Source: an uncultured Thermodesulfobacteriota bacterium
Lineage (GTDB): Bacteria > Desulfobacterota > BSN033 > WVXP01
Length of the DNA: 64,000 bases
Assembly: GCA_964348095.1 (NCBI GenBank)
Contig: CAYGBK010000129.1
Span: forward strand, 11,404-75,403
Reading direction: 5' to 3'
Below, in pieces: positions 56,989-64,000 of this stretch. The stretch's first letter is position 1. Each line of letters opens with the position of its first letter. The notes beneath the pieces were generated by a model that worked only from the letters and a program-made list of their open reading frames with translations, had not been told where the DNA came from and did not search any database. The translations under genes were made by a program, and so were the position numbers.

Positions 56989-59961
56989 CTAAACCAGTGT
57001 CAAACGTTTTGTGACCTTCTTCAAATAGATCACAGCCGGTTTTGTATTCAAATGGCCCAGGACCTGGTACGCCCTGGGGTCTCCTATCATTTTCGAGACA
57101 CGACTTCCAGAGTCTTTGAGATTGCCGAAGACGAGTGCGTTCGTCGGGCAGGTCTGCGCGCAGGCCGTCGTGAATTCTCCGTCCCGAACCTTTCGACCTT
57201 CGTTTTTTGCTTTGTTCTTGGCCTCAACGATTCGCTGGACACAGAAGGAGCACTTTTCCATCACCCCTTTCTGGCGCACCGTGACGTCGGGGTTGAGTTG
57301 CCAGTTTAGGGGTTCAGGACGAGTGAAGGTAAACCAGTTGAACCGGCGGACCTTGTATGGATCGTTCTGAGAACAGAACCGGGTACCGACACAACGATTG
57401 TAGACTTGATTGTTGAGACCCTCGGCGCTGTGATGAGGGGCAAAGACAGGACAGACTGGCTCACAGGGGGCTTCGTCGCAATGCTGGCATAGCATTGGCA
57501 GAAATCGTACAGGCGGTCCGTCTATCTCGAAATACCGTTGAACCCGAAGCCACGACATTTCGCGCCCTTTCAGAACCAATTCTCTGCCCACGACGGCGAC
57601 ATTGTTTTCGGCGTAACACGAGACAACGCAAGCGCCACAGCCTATGCACCGATCCAGGTCCACCACCATAGTCCATCGATAGTCCGGATGGCTGTGGGGA
57701 GGATAAAAATCCTTTCGGCGATTGTACCCCTCTCGAAGGGGCACATCCAGGTGAGGTTTGCGGCCTTCCTTTCTTTCCCTGCGATAGTCTTCAAGAGAGG
57801 TGGCCTGAGCGAACCCGCGTCCCTGTTGATAGAAGCTACCATCGGTATGCGCAATGGCATGTCTTTGGCCCCGATGTTCGATGGTCACGCGGAACGGTGG
57901 CCGAAGAATTCCCCCTGATAGGGTGTCCAGATCCGGGGGCAGAAGATCGATGGGGTTCGCAGGATGTCCGCTGGCGAACCTTCCGTATCCGGTATGTCCC
58001 TGTCCAATAGGCATGGCCACGGTGTTGGGGGGCACACTGGGGATCGGAAGGGCTGAGACCTCGATCGTGCCATAGGGAGACTTGAGTCGCAGGAGATCTC
58101 CCTTGCGAATACCGAGTGCCTTGGCCGTGCCTGGGTGTATCTCCACCCAGCCTCCCCAGGTCACCTGGGTAATCGGGTCGGGGAGTTCTTGGATCCATGG
58201 CCGGTTTGCCGCCCGACCGTCGAAAAACTGAACAGTTGGATACCCGGTAAAGTCGAAGCCTTCTGTGGGTTCGGTCTGCGAATCGAGTTTCGGGAAAGAA
58301 AAATCGACTGGCGAATTCAATGAGAGCTGGGGGCCCTTTGTATCGCCATATCCCCACGCCCCACCCTTTTGCAGAGCATCCATCCAAAAAGATTCAAAGG
58401 ATCTATGGGTGGCTCTCTCCTGCCATTTCTTATACCACCGATCGCGAAGGAGATGATAGAAGTCCTTCCAGGGAAACTTTTCGGTTCCTCTCACCTGCTT
58501 ACCGGTAGAAATGAGTATGTCTCCCAGATGTTTCGTCTCAAGAACGCTTCCCATGACCGGCTGCATCAGGCCGGTGACATCCCCGTTCGGCGCATAATCT
58601 CCCCATGATTCCAACGGGCTGTGGACAGGAACAATGAGGTTGGCGAAACGGCTCGTTTCATCCAAACAACTCGAGAAGCTCACCACCAGGGGAACAGCCT
58701 CGAGGCTCCTGTGAAATTCCCATGCAGCTGGCAGCGAAAACAGTGGGTTGGCGTTATAGATCAAAAGGAGGTCGATTTCACCATTTCTCATTTTTTGGGA
58801 TAGGTCCTTGATGCTCCCCACGGGCGCCACGTCGCTCAAGGATAGTTTCCGTTGGAAATCGATTGTTTCCGCTGTTCCTGATTTAACCGAACACAGGAGA
58901 TTGGCGGCGACCGCCGTCTCTGTCGCATTCGGAACGCACCCTGATAACCCCTCAGCCACAGCCGTGGGTCGCTTAGCCTGCACAAATCTCCGAGCGAGGC
59001 TTCTAATCGTCTGTTCCTCTACGCCGGACCATGACACGATTTTCTCCAAGGTAAAAGGTTCTACCACGGATTTCACAGCATGTCGCTGATCTTGACCACG
59101 GCTCGTGAGGAGGTTCTCGTCGATGATAACTCGCAGCATGCCAAGGGCCACAAGGTATTCACGACCCGGAGGAACAGCGATCCACTGGTCTGCATTGGCC
59201 GCAGTCAAAGAGAGTCTAGGCCCCACATAGACGAACGGGTTGTTTGCGCCATTGTCTGCAGCATGGAACGAGGCGAATTGACGGGCGTATTCGACATTCG
59301 AAAGCCAGGTTTCAAGGATGCCGGCGCCAAAAGAGATGAGGAAATCCGATTTCTCGATTCGATAGGTTGGGATGCCGTCACGGCCAAAGACAATTTGATT
59401 CGCCATTCGAAGGGGCTCGTAGGCAAAGGGTTCATACATGACGAACTCCTTCGAGCCCATTTCCAACAGCCAGCGGCCGATTAGATCTCGCAACGTGCCT
59501 GTGTTTAAGTCCGCGAGGAAAACGATACGCTCTCCCCTGCCTTGCTCGATAAGTTGGGAGAGATTTTGGATCAAAATATCTTCTGCCAGATCCCAGGACG
59601 TGGCTTCAAGGGATCCTCGAGAGGTTTTTTGGTAGGGACGTCGAACACGATCTGGGTTATAAAGCCCCTGGACCGAGGCTTGCCCACGGGCGCAGAGTTT
59701 TCCATCATTCACAGGATGAAGGGGGTTCCCCTCCACCTTGATCACTCGGCCATCTCGGTTTTTTGCCAGAAGGCCACATCCGGCAGGACATTCCCGGCAC
59801 GTGGTGGCGTACCAGGTGGCCTCCCCTGGGATGATATCCTCGGGTGGAATAATATAAGGGATCAATCTCCTGGCGGATTCCCTGGAGCAACCCATTGCGG
59901 CAGTCGTACATGTGAGGCTAGCAATTTTCAGAAACTGCCGACGGCCAGGATCTGCCATCAT
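56989..59961 (-). CDS. actB: Alternative Complex III subunit ActB (Tat-exported molybdopterin-oxidoreductase-like domain fused to a 4x[Fe-S] ferredoxin domain)
   Basis: Tat motif RRQFLK. N-terminal CxxC..C..C cluster. Large MopB-like domain. C-terminal CIGCGACVVSC, CQHCDEAPCEPVCP, CVGTRFC and CSFC...CAQTCP clusters. Confidence 0.85.
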   Translation of the reverse strand: MMADPGRRQFLKIASLTCTTAAMGCSRESARRLIPYIIPPEDIIPGEATWYATTCRECPAGCGLLAKNRDGRVIKVEGNPLHPVNDGKLCARGQASVQGLYNPDRVRRPYQKTSRGSLEATSWDLAEDILIQNLSQLIEQGRGERIVFLADLNTGTLRDLIGRWLLEMGSKEFVMYEPFAYEPLRMANQIVFGRDGIPTYRIEKSDFLISFGAGILETWLSNVEYARQFASFHAADNGANNPFVYVGPRLSLTAANADQWIAVPPGREYLVALGMLRVIIDENLLTSRGQDQRHAVKSVVEPFTLEKIVSWSGVEEQTIRSLARRFVQAKRPTAVAEGLSGCVPNATETAVAANLLCSVKSGTAETIDFQRKLSLSDVAPVGSIKDLSQKMRNGEIDLLLIYNANPLFSLPAAWEFHRSLEAVPLVVSFSSCLDETSRFANLIVPVHSPLESWGDYAPNGDVTGLMQPVMGSVLETKHLGDILISTGKQVRGTEKFPWKDFYHLLRDRWYKKWQERATHRSFESFWMDALQKGGAWGYGDTKGPQLSLNSPVDFSFPKLDSQTEPTEGFDFTGYPTVQFFDGRAANRPWIQELPDPITQVTWGGWVEIHPGTAKALGIRKGDLLRLKSPYGTIEVSALPIPSVPPNTVAMPIGQGHTGYGRFASGHPANPIDLLPPDLDTLSGGILRPPFRVTIEHRGQRHAIAHTDGSFYQQGRGFAQATSLEDYRRERKEGRKPHLDVPLREGYNRRKDFYPPHSHPDYRWTMVVDLDRCIGCGACVVSCYAENNVAVVGRELVLKGREMSWLRVQRYFEIDGPPVRFLPMLCQHCDEAPCEPVCPVFAPHHSAEGLNNQVYNRCVGTRFCSQNDPYKVRRFNWFTFTRPEPLNWQLNPDVTVRQKGVMEKCSFCVQRIVEAKNKAKNEGRKVRDGEFTTACAQTCPTNALVFGNLKDSGSRVSKMIGDPRAYQVLGHLNTKPAVIYLKKVTKRLTLV

Positions 59962-60264
59962 TGAACCCCTTTTGGATGGTCGGGATTATACAGAAACCAT
60001 CCGAGAGATTTCAAGAGAATTCTGTCGGAAGGTTCCAGAATCCTAAAACCAGGGATCTCTACCACGCTTATTCTTCACAAGGATTTTGAATCTCCCAATG
60101 GGACTCTCACATCACTTGGCGGTCCTGCCCCGGTCAACCCCCCTTTCGATACAAAACACGACAACCACAGAACGTCTGCCCCTGCTTGCACAGACGTCCC
60201 TGACATGGACGTCCACAAAGCTCCTGACACTCCAGAACGCTTATGGGGGCTCCCAAACTCTCAA

Positions 60265-61512
60265 TTACCGCTGCTTTTCGGTCCATACCTGACAGAAATT
60301 GGCCTTTTCATCCGGCAGGCAGGTCCGCAACACAGCCCATCTCAGCGTCAGGGGAGCCATAAGTGTTGTCACAAAGGCCATGAATATGAGAGCCGAGAAT
60401 TGGCTCTGAGTCAGCAGAGGCTCCGGTATAGCGCCTCCCGCCATCAAATCGTTGCTCAACCTGATCACCACAGAAGCGACGACCAATTCGACGGCACCGC
60501 GACTGTTCATCCCAAATCCGACTATTGCCGATTCCCAACGGTTGTGGCCGAAGGCGACAAGACCTAGTCCGCAACCGAGCAGTTTACCCAGCACGGCCAC
60601 CGCTGTGAGGATAACCATGAAAAATATGGCCGCCCAGTCATAGGAGAGATGGAGATGGAAGGACAGAGACGCAAAGAAAATTGGTAATAGGAAACCATAA
60701 CTGAGACCGAAAAAACGATCGCTGATGACACTGTAGATTCTTTCGTCCATAATTTCTTCTCTCACAAACTGGCCGGCCAAAAAAGCGCCTATAACGAGGT
60801 GAAGCCCTGCGAGTTCAGCGAGGTAGCCCATAACGAAGGCAGCCACAATGGCGAATGTGAATGCCTTTGCGTCGCGGTCATGCAACCGTCGGGTGAACTT
60901 TGGGACGACAAAGTGTCCGATGAAGATGGTGAGGCCAAAAAAGGCCACGACCTTGAAAAGAATCTTCGATAGGTTCAAGAGGTCCACTGCCCCCGTCTTG
61001 GCAAGCCCGAGAAGAACCGACAGGGCAATCAAGGATAGAATATCATCGGCGATAGCGGCTCCAATGATGATGTGCCCAAGCTTGGTCTTGCTAATCGCCA
61101 TGGAATGGAGGATCACACTGTTGACCGCAATGGCAGTGATCGAAATCCCCATCCCGATAAAAAGGGATTGAAATACGGTTCCTCCAAATAGCCTCGCGGT
61201 AAAGTACCCAAGGAGAAAAGGGAGGACAAATCCCCCCAGGGCAACGCTGAGTGATGGCCAGATGTGTTCCAGGAGTTCTTTGGGGTCCATTTCAATGCCG
61301 GTATAAAACATGACAAAGAAGATCCCCAAATCAGCCATGAGTTCGATCGGGGGGGAGGGACTAACGATCCCCAAAAGGGGAGGTCCAAGAATCAGTCCAG
61401 CGAGCAGTTCACCGAGCATGAATGGAAGGCCAAAGCGAGCGAACACCCATCCGAGAAACCAGGCGACGATCAGTATCGAAAGGATACTAAGAATAAGTTG
61501 GCTCGTGATCAT
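60265..61512 (-). CDS. cation:proton antiporter (CPA family Na+/H+ exchanger membrane domain)
   Basis: 415 aa, about 12 TM helices. GLPFMLGELLAGLILGP start typical of the CPA1/CPA2 exchanger domain. Confidence 0.8.
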   Translation of the reverse strand: MITSQLILSILSILIVAWFLGWVFARFGLPFMLGELLAGLILGPPLLGIVSPSPPIELMADLGIFFVMFYTGIEMDPKELLEHIWPSLSVALGGFVLPFLLGYFTARLFGGTVFQSLFIGMGISITAIAVNSVILHSMAISKTKLGHIIIGAAIADDILSLIALSVLLGLAKTGAVDLLNLSKILFKVVAFFGLTIFIGHFVVPKFTRRLHDRDAKAFTFAIVAAFVMGYLAELAGLHLVIGAFLAGQFVREEIMDERIYSVISDRFFGLSYGFLLPIFFASLSFHLHLSYDWAAIFFMVILTAVAVLGKLLGCGLGLVAFGHNRWESAIVGFGMNSRGAVELVVASVVIRLSNDLMAGGAIPEPLLTQSQFSALIFMAFVTTLMAPLTLRWAVLRTCLPDEKANFCQVWTEKQR

Positions 61513-61695
61513 TGGAGGTACCCCTCAACGGGATGTTTCGTGTCTTCTAATCTGGCATCATGGATCTCCATTTACTGCCACAGCGATCTGTGGTGGAGAT
61601 CCGAAAAACGGCGTTCTCAGGTGCTATCGCGCTCGCAATGGCATGATAGTTTTCTGGAACACGGAGCTGAGATTGATTTTCTCTGAATGCCGCTT

Positions 61696-62595
61696 TCAGG
61701 TCAACAGATTTCTTAGGGCTTCTTCAAGTTGTGGATAGCGGAAAGAGAAACCGCTTTCTACCAGCCTTTTGGGAATGACCCGTTGACCTTTGAGAATCAC
61801 CGAACCAAACTCTCCGAGGACAAGCCGAATCATGAAGGCCGGTGCTGGCATCCAAGATGGGCGACGAAGGACGCTACCGAGGGTTCCGGCAAAATCACGG
61901 TTCCGCGCAGGGTGAGGGGAGGTCACGTTGAAAGGACCCGTGAGGGTGGGAGTCTCCGACAGGTAGATAAAGGCCTCGACGAGGTCGGCCATATGAATCC
62001 ACGAAAGCCACTGGGTACCACTTCCTAAGGGTCCCCCCACGAACCACCGAAAAGGGGTAACCATCTGTGAAAGAGCGCCCCCTCCTCGGCCCAAGACGAT
62101 ACCGAACCGGGTGATTATCACCCGAATTCCTTTCTGTTGGGCTTTCATCGCCTCAGACTCCCAGTCCCGTCCTAGGGTCGCAAGGAAATCGGTTCCCGCC
62201 GGGGAAGACTCGTCGAGCTCCTCGTCCTCATGAAAACCGTAATAGCCGACGGCAGAGGTGCTAAAAAGCGTTTTGCCATCATTCGCGGGGATCGCGTCGA
62301 CGAGGTTACGGGTAGTCAGAATCCGACTGTCCCGAATGCGTCTTTTGAGCTCCTCGGTCCAACGTCCAAAGAGGGAAACCCCCGCCAAATTGATAAAAGC
62401 ATCATGTTTTGGAACGGCCTCCTGCCACGGGCCGGGCTGGGTTGGATCGCCTTCGATATACTGTATCTCTTCAACCGAATTTCGGTGCTGTGGCATCCTT
62501 CTTGTTAAAATGCTCACCTGATGGCCTTTTTGGATCAAGCGAGGACACAGATGACTCCCAACAAACCCCGTTCCTCCGGTAACAAATATCTTCAC
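61696..62595 (-). CDS. TIGR01777/YfcH-like NAD-dependent epimerase-family protein
   Basis: MKIFVTGGTGFVGSHL Rossmann start. C-terminal DUF1731-like region. Confidence 0.8.
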   Translation of the reverse strand: MKIFVTGGTGFVGSHLCPRLIQKGHQVSILTRRMPQHRNSVEEIQYIEGDPTQPGPWQEAVPKHDAFINLAGVSLFGRWTEELKRRIRDSRILTTRNLVDAIPANDGKTLFSTSAVGYYGFHEDEELDESSPAGTDFLATLGRDWESEAMKAQQKGIRVIITRFGIVLGRGGGALSQMVTPFRWFVGGPLGSGTQWLSWIHMADLVEAFIYLSETPTLTGPFNVTSPHPARNRDFAGTLGSVLRRPSWMPAPAFMIRLVLGEFGSVILKGQRVIPKRLVESGFSFRYPQLEEALRNLLT

Positions 62596-62756
62596 TATGT
62601 GACACCTCCATTACACCCTTATATTTATATATTTATCTCAAACCGGCCCCCTGTCGCAACCTCTCCTAGGCAGTTGACATGCATGGCCCATCCAGCTAGA
62701 ATCATGCGGGTTTTTTGGGGGCCCATCGCGAGGGGCGTGCAAAAGGAAAGGGTATC

Positions 62757-63695
62757 ATGAATAGCATCTCTCTTCCAAATCCTTCGACACTCACCCGGCT
62801 AAAGCTTTTTCTCGCCCTCTCTCGGACCCCCCATGGTCTGCTGGACTTGGCCACACCTGCCTTGGGGGCTCTCCTCTGGCTCGGAACACTTCCGCCTCCC
62901 CATGTCACTGCGTTGGGTCTTCTGACAGCCTTTGCAGGATACACGGCCGTGTACGCGTTGAACGACCTCGTCGACTTACGGGTGGATCGAAAAACAGTCC
63001 GGCAGAGCGGCACTGATGATCGGGAGGGTGACCTAGACGCGGTGTTCGTGCGCCACCCCATGGCCCAGGGGCTGATGAGTTTCAAGGAGGGCATGTGCTG
63101 GTCCCTTTTCTGGGCTATCCTGGCGTTGGTCGGGGCTTACCTGTTGAATCCTATCTGTGCCCTTATCTTCATCATCGGCTGCGCTCTGGAGGCTATTTAT
63201 TGCCTTTTATTGGACGTCAGCCACTTTCGCACGCTCGTGAGCGGCGTGGTCAAAACGTCCGGAGGGATAGCCGCCGCATTTGCCGTGGATCCTAATCCGT
63301 CCCTCCTCTTTTTGACTACCCTTTTTCTGTGGCTTTTTTTCTGGGAAATTGGAGGCCAGAATGTCCCCAACGATTGGCACGATTTAGAAGAAGACAAATG
63401 GTCTCAAGCCAAAACCATTCCGGTCAGATATGGGCCTCGGGGGGCGAGTGTCATCATTCTGGGTTCCCTAGTCCTTAGCGTGGGACTCAGTGCGCTTCTA
63501 TTCTCCCTTGCCCCTCTCAGGCCACCCCTCCCCTTCAGCGTTGCGGCAGTGGGTGCAGGCCTTTATTTACTTCTCATTCCCGCCTTTCGGCTCTACCGGA
63601 CTAAATCCCGACTCCACGCGTCAGGTCTTTTCAATAAGGCCAGCTACTATCCCATAACCTTGCTCCTCATCGTCCTATTCAGTTTATTGGCCTAG
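62757..63695 (+). CDS. UbiA-family aromatic/isoprenoid prenyltransferase
   Basis: NDLVDLRVDR (NDxxDxxxD). 8-9 TM helices and a second Asp-rich region DWHDLEED. Start taken at MNSISLP. Confidence 0.8.
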   Translation: MNSISLPNPSTLTRLKLFLALSRTPHGLLDLATPALGALLWLGTLPPPHVTALGLLTAFAGYTAVYALNDLVDLRVDRKTVRQSGTDDREGDLDAVFVRHPMAQGLMSFKEGMCWSLFWAILALVGAYLLNPICALIFIIGCALEAIYCLLLDVSHFRTLVSGVVKTSGGIAAAFAVDPNPSLLFLTTLFLWLFFWEIGGQNVPNDWHDLEEDKWSQAKTIPVRYGPRGASVIILGSLVLSVGLSALLFSLAPLRPPLPFSVAAVGAGLYLLLIPAFRLYRTKSRLHASGLFNKASYYPITLLLIVLFSLLA

Positions 63696-63820
63696 CACCC
63701 AGGGGAGGCTGAAGCAGATGCTTGGGAACTTGATCTCACAGAGGGAAGAGAGTTAAGGTTTAGGAGATGAGGGTCTATTCGCATCACAAATGAGGCTAAA
63801 CAAAGGAGTTGAGATCGCCT

Positions 63821-64000
63821 ATGGAAAAGAAGAAGATGGGTTTAAAGGAGCTCTCAGAATGTGATGGAGGGGACGACAAACCCGCCCACATCGCATATAA
63901 GGGTAAAGTTTACGATGTCAGCAAAAGCAAGCTATGGCCCGGGGGCGTTCACATGGAGCGTCACCACGCCGGATGCGACCTATCACCGGCTATGGACGCT
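63821..64000 (+). CDS. cytochrome b5-like haem/steroid-binding-domain protein (5' part; runs off the window)
   Basis: RBS AAAGGAG before the ATG. YKGKVYDVSKSKLWPGGVHMERHHAGCDLS matches the cyt b5-like domain. Confidence 0.5.
   Translation, partial: MEKKKMGLKELSECDGGDDKPAHIAYKGKVYDVSKSKLWPGGVHMERHHAGCDLSPAMDA

Noticed and set aside
1-64000. Searches for CRISPR repeats, IS/transposase/integrase genes, tRNA/rRNA genes and toxin/defence domains (nucleases, helicases, methyltransferases, Sir2/TIR)
   Set aside because: No periodic direct repeats with unique spacers, no canonical T-loop/acceptor tRNA architecture, and no defence-type domains were seen in any frame. The window looks like a core chromosomal region.

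Overview
This 64-kb window reads as ordinary chromosomal core from a Gram-negative, probably anaerobic or microaerophilic bacterium. The gene content (ACIII plus cbb3 oxidase, sigma-54 enhancer-binding protein, ArsA-type ATPase, PilT, Hanks kinase with TPR, VWA/TPR 'Bat-like' proteins) suggests a Deltaproteobacteria- or Nitrospirae-like lineage, but that is only a guess. Coding density is high, operons are mostly tightly packed, and both strands are used. I found no tRNA, rRNA, CRISPR array, IS element or transposase, integrase or phage genes, and no recognisable defence genes.

Main blocks, in order:
- 1-1000: 5' end of a 2-oxoacid:ferredoxin oxidoreductase operon (delta ferredoxin, then alpha subunit running off the window edge).
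- 1.3-5.4 kb: ArsA-family ATPase, aspartate aminotransferase, a NUDIX hydrolase with a Cys-rich N-terminus, and CinA.
- 5.4-7.5 kb: an enolase-superfamily enzyme and an LpxL/HtrB-like acyltransferase.
- 8.3-10.7 kb: a sigma-54-dependent NtrC-type regulator and a single-domain CheY-like receiver, with palindromes and an orphan terminator around them.
- 10.8-13.1 kb: mpl-ldcA peptidoglycan-recycling pair.
- 13.3-18.8 kb: PilT, an M50 protease, Ogt and a 948-aa UPF0182 membrane protein.
- 19-24.4 kb: a zinc-ribbon protein, then a membrane repeat protein, a TPR protein and a VWA protein.
- 25.4-26.7 kb: an M48 (Ste24-like) protease.
- 27.4-28.2 kb: a two-gene cassette whose first product is a tandem-duplicated Cys-containing module.
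- 28.2-36.5 kb: NrnA, an 1167-aa GH13 protein translationally coupled to an SfsA-DUF123 fusion, an ornithine cyclodeaminase and a DAO-family oxidoreductase.
- 37.4-40.4 kb: a YfcE phosphoesterase, a PilZ protein and a Ser/Thr kinase with TPR.
- 41.9-42.9 kb: an HDOD gene carrying three disruptions (pseudogene).
- 43.8-45.1 kb: a geranylgeranyl-reductase-family flavoprotein.
- 45.2-60 kb: one 15-kb minus-strand respiratory block. It holds a non-canonical Alternative Complex III (actB-actC-actD-actF plus an NrfH/NapC-like multihaem cytochrome), a compact cbb3 oxidase set (ccoN, a ccoO fused to a second haem domain, ccoS, small membrane proteins, a cytochrome c, a DsbD_2-like protein, the Cu-ATPase ccoI) and a radical SAM/SPASM gene at the end.
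- 60.3-64 kb: a cation:proton antiporter, a YfcH-like epimerase, a UbiA prenyltransferase and a partial cytochrome b5-like gene.

The most noteworthy items are the radical SAM/SPASM gene tailing the cbb3 maturation operon, the rearranged ACIII, the CcoO-cytochrome c fusion, the SfsA-DUF123 fusion coupled to a giant GH13 gene, the tandem-module cassette at 27.4 kb, the triply disrupted HDOD gene, the TATCA-N3-TGATA palindromes around the sigma-54 regulator, and several unusually long gene-free stretches. I could not support any single previously undescribed 'system' with confidence from sequence alone.
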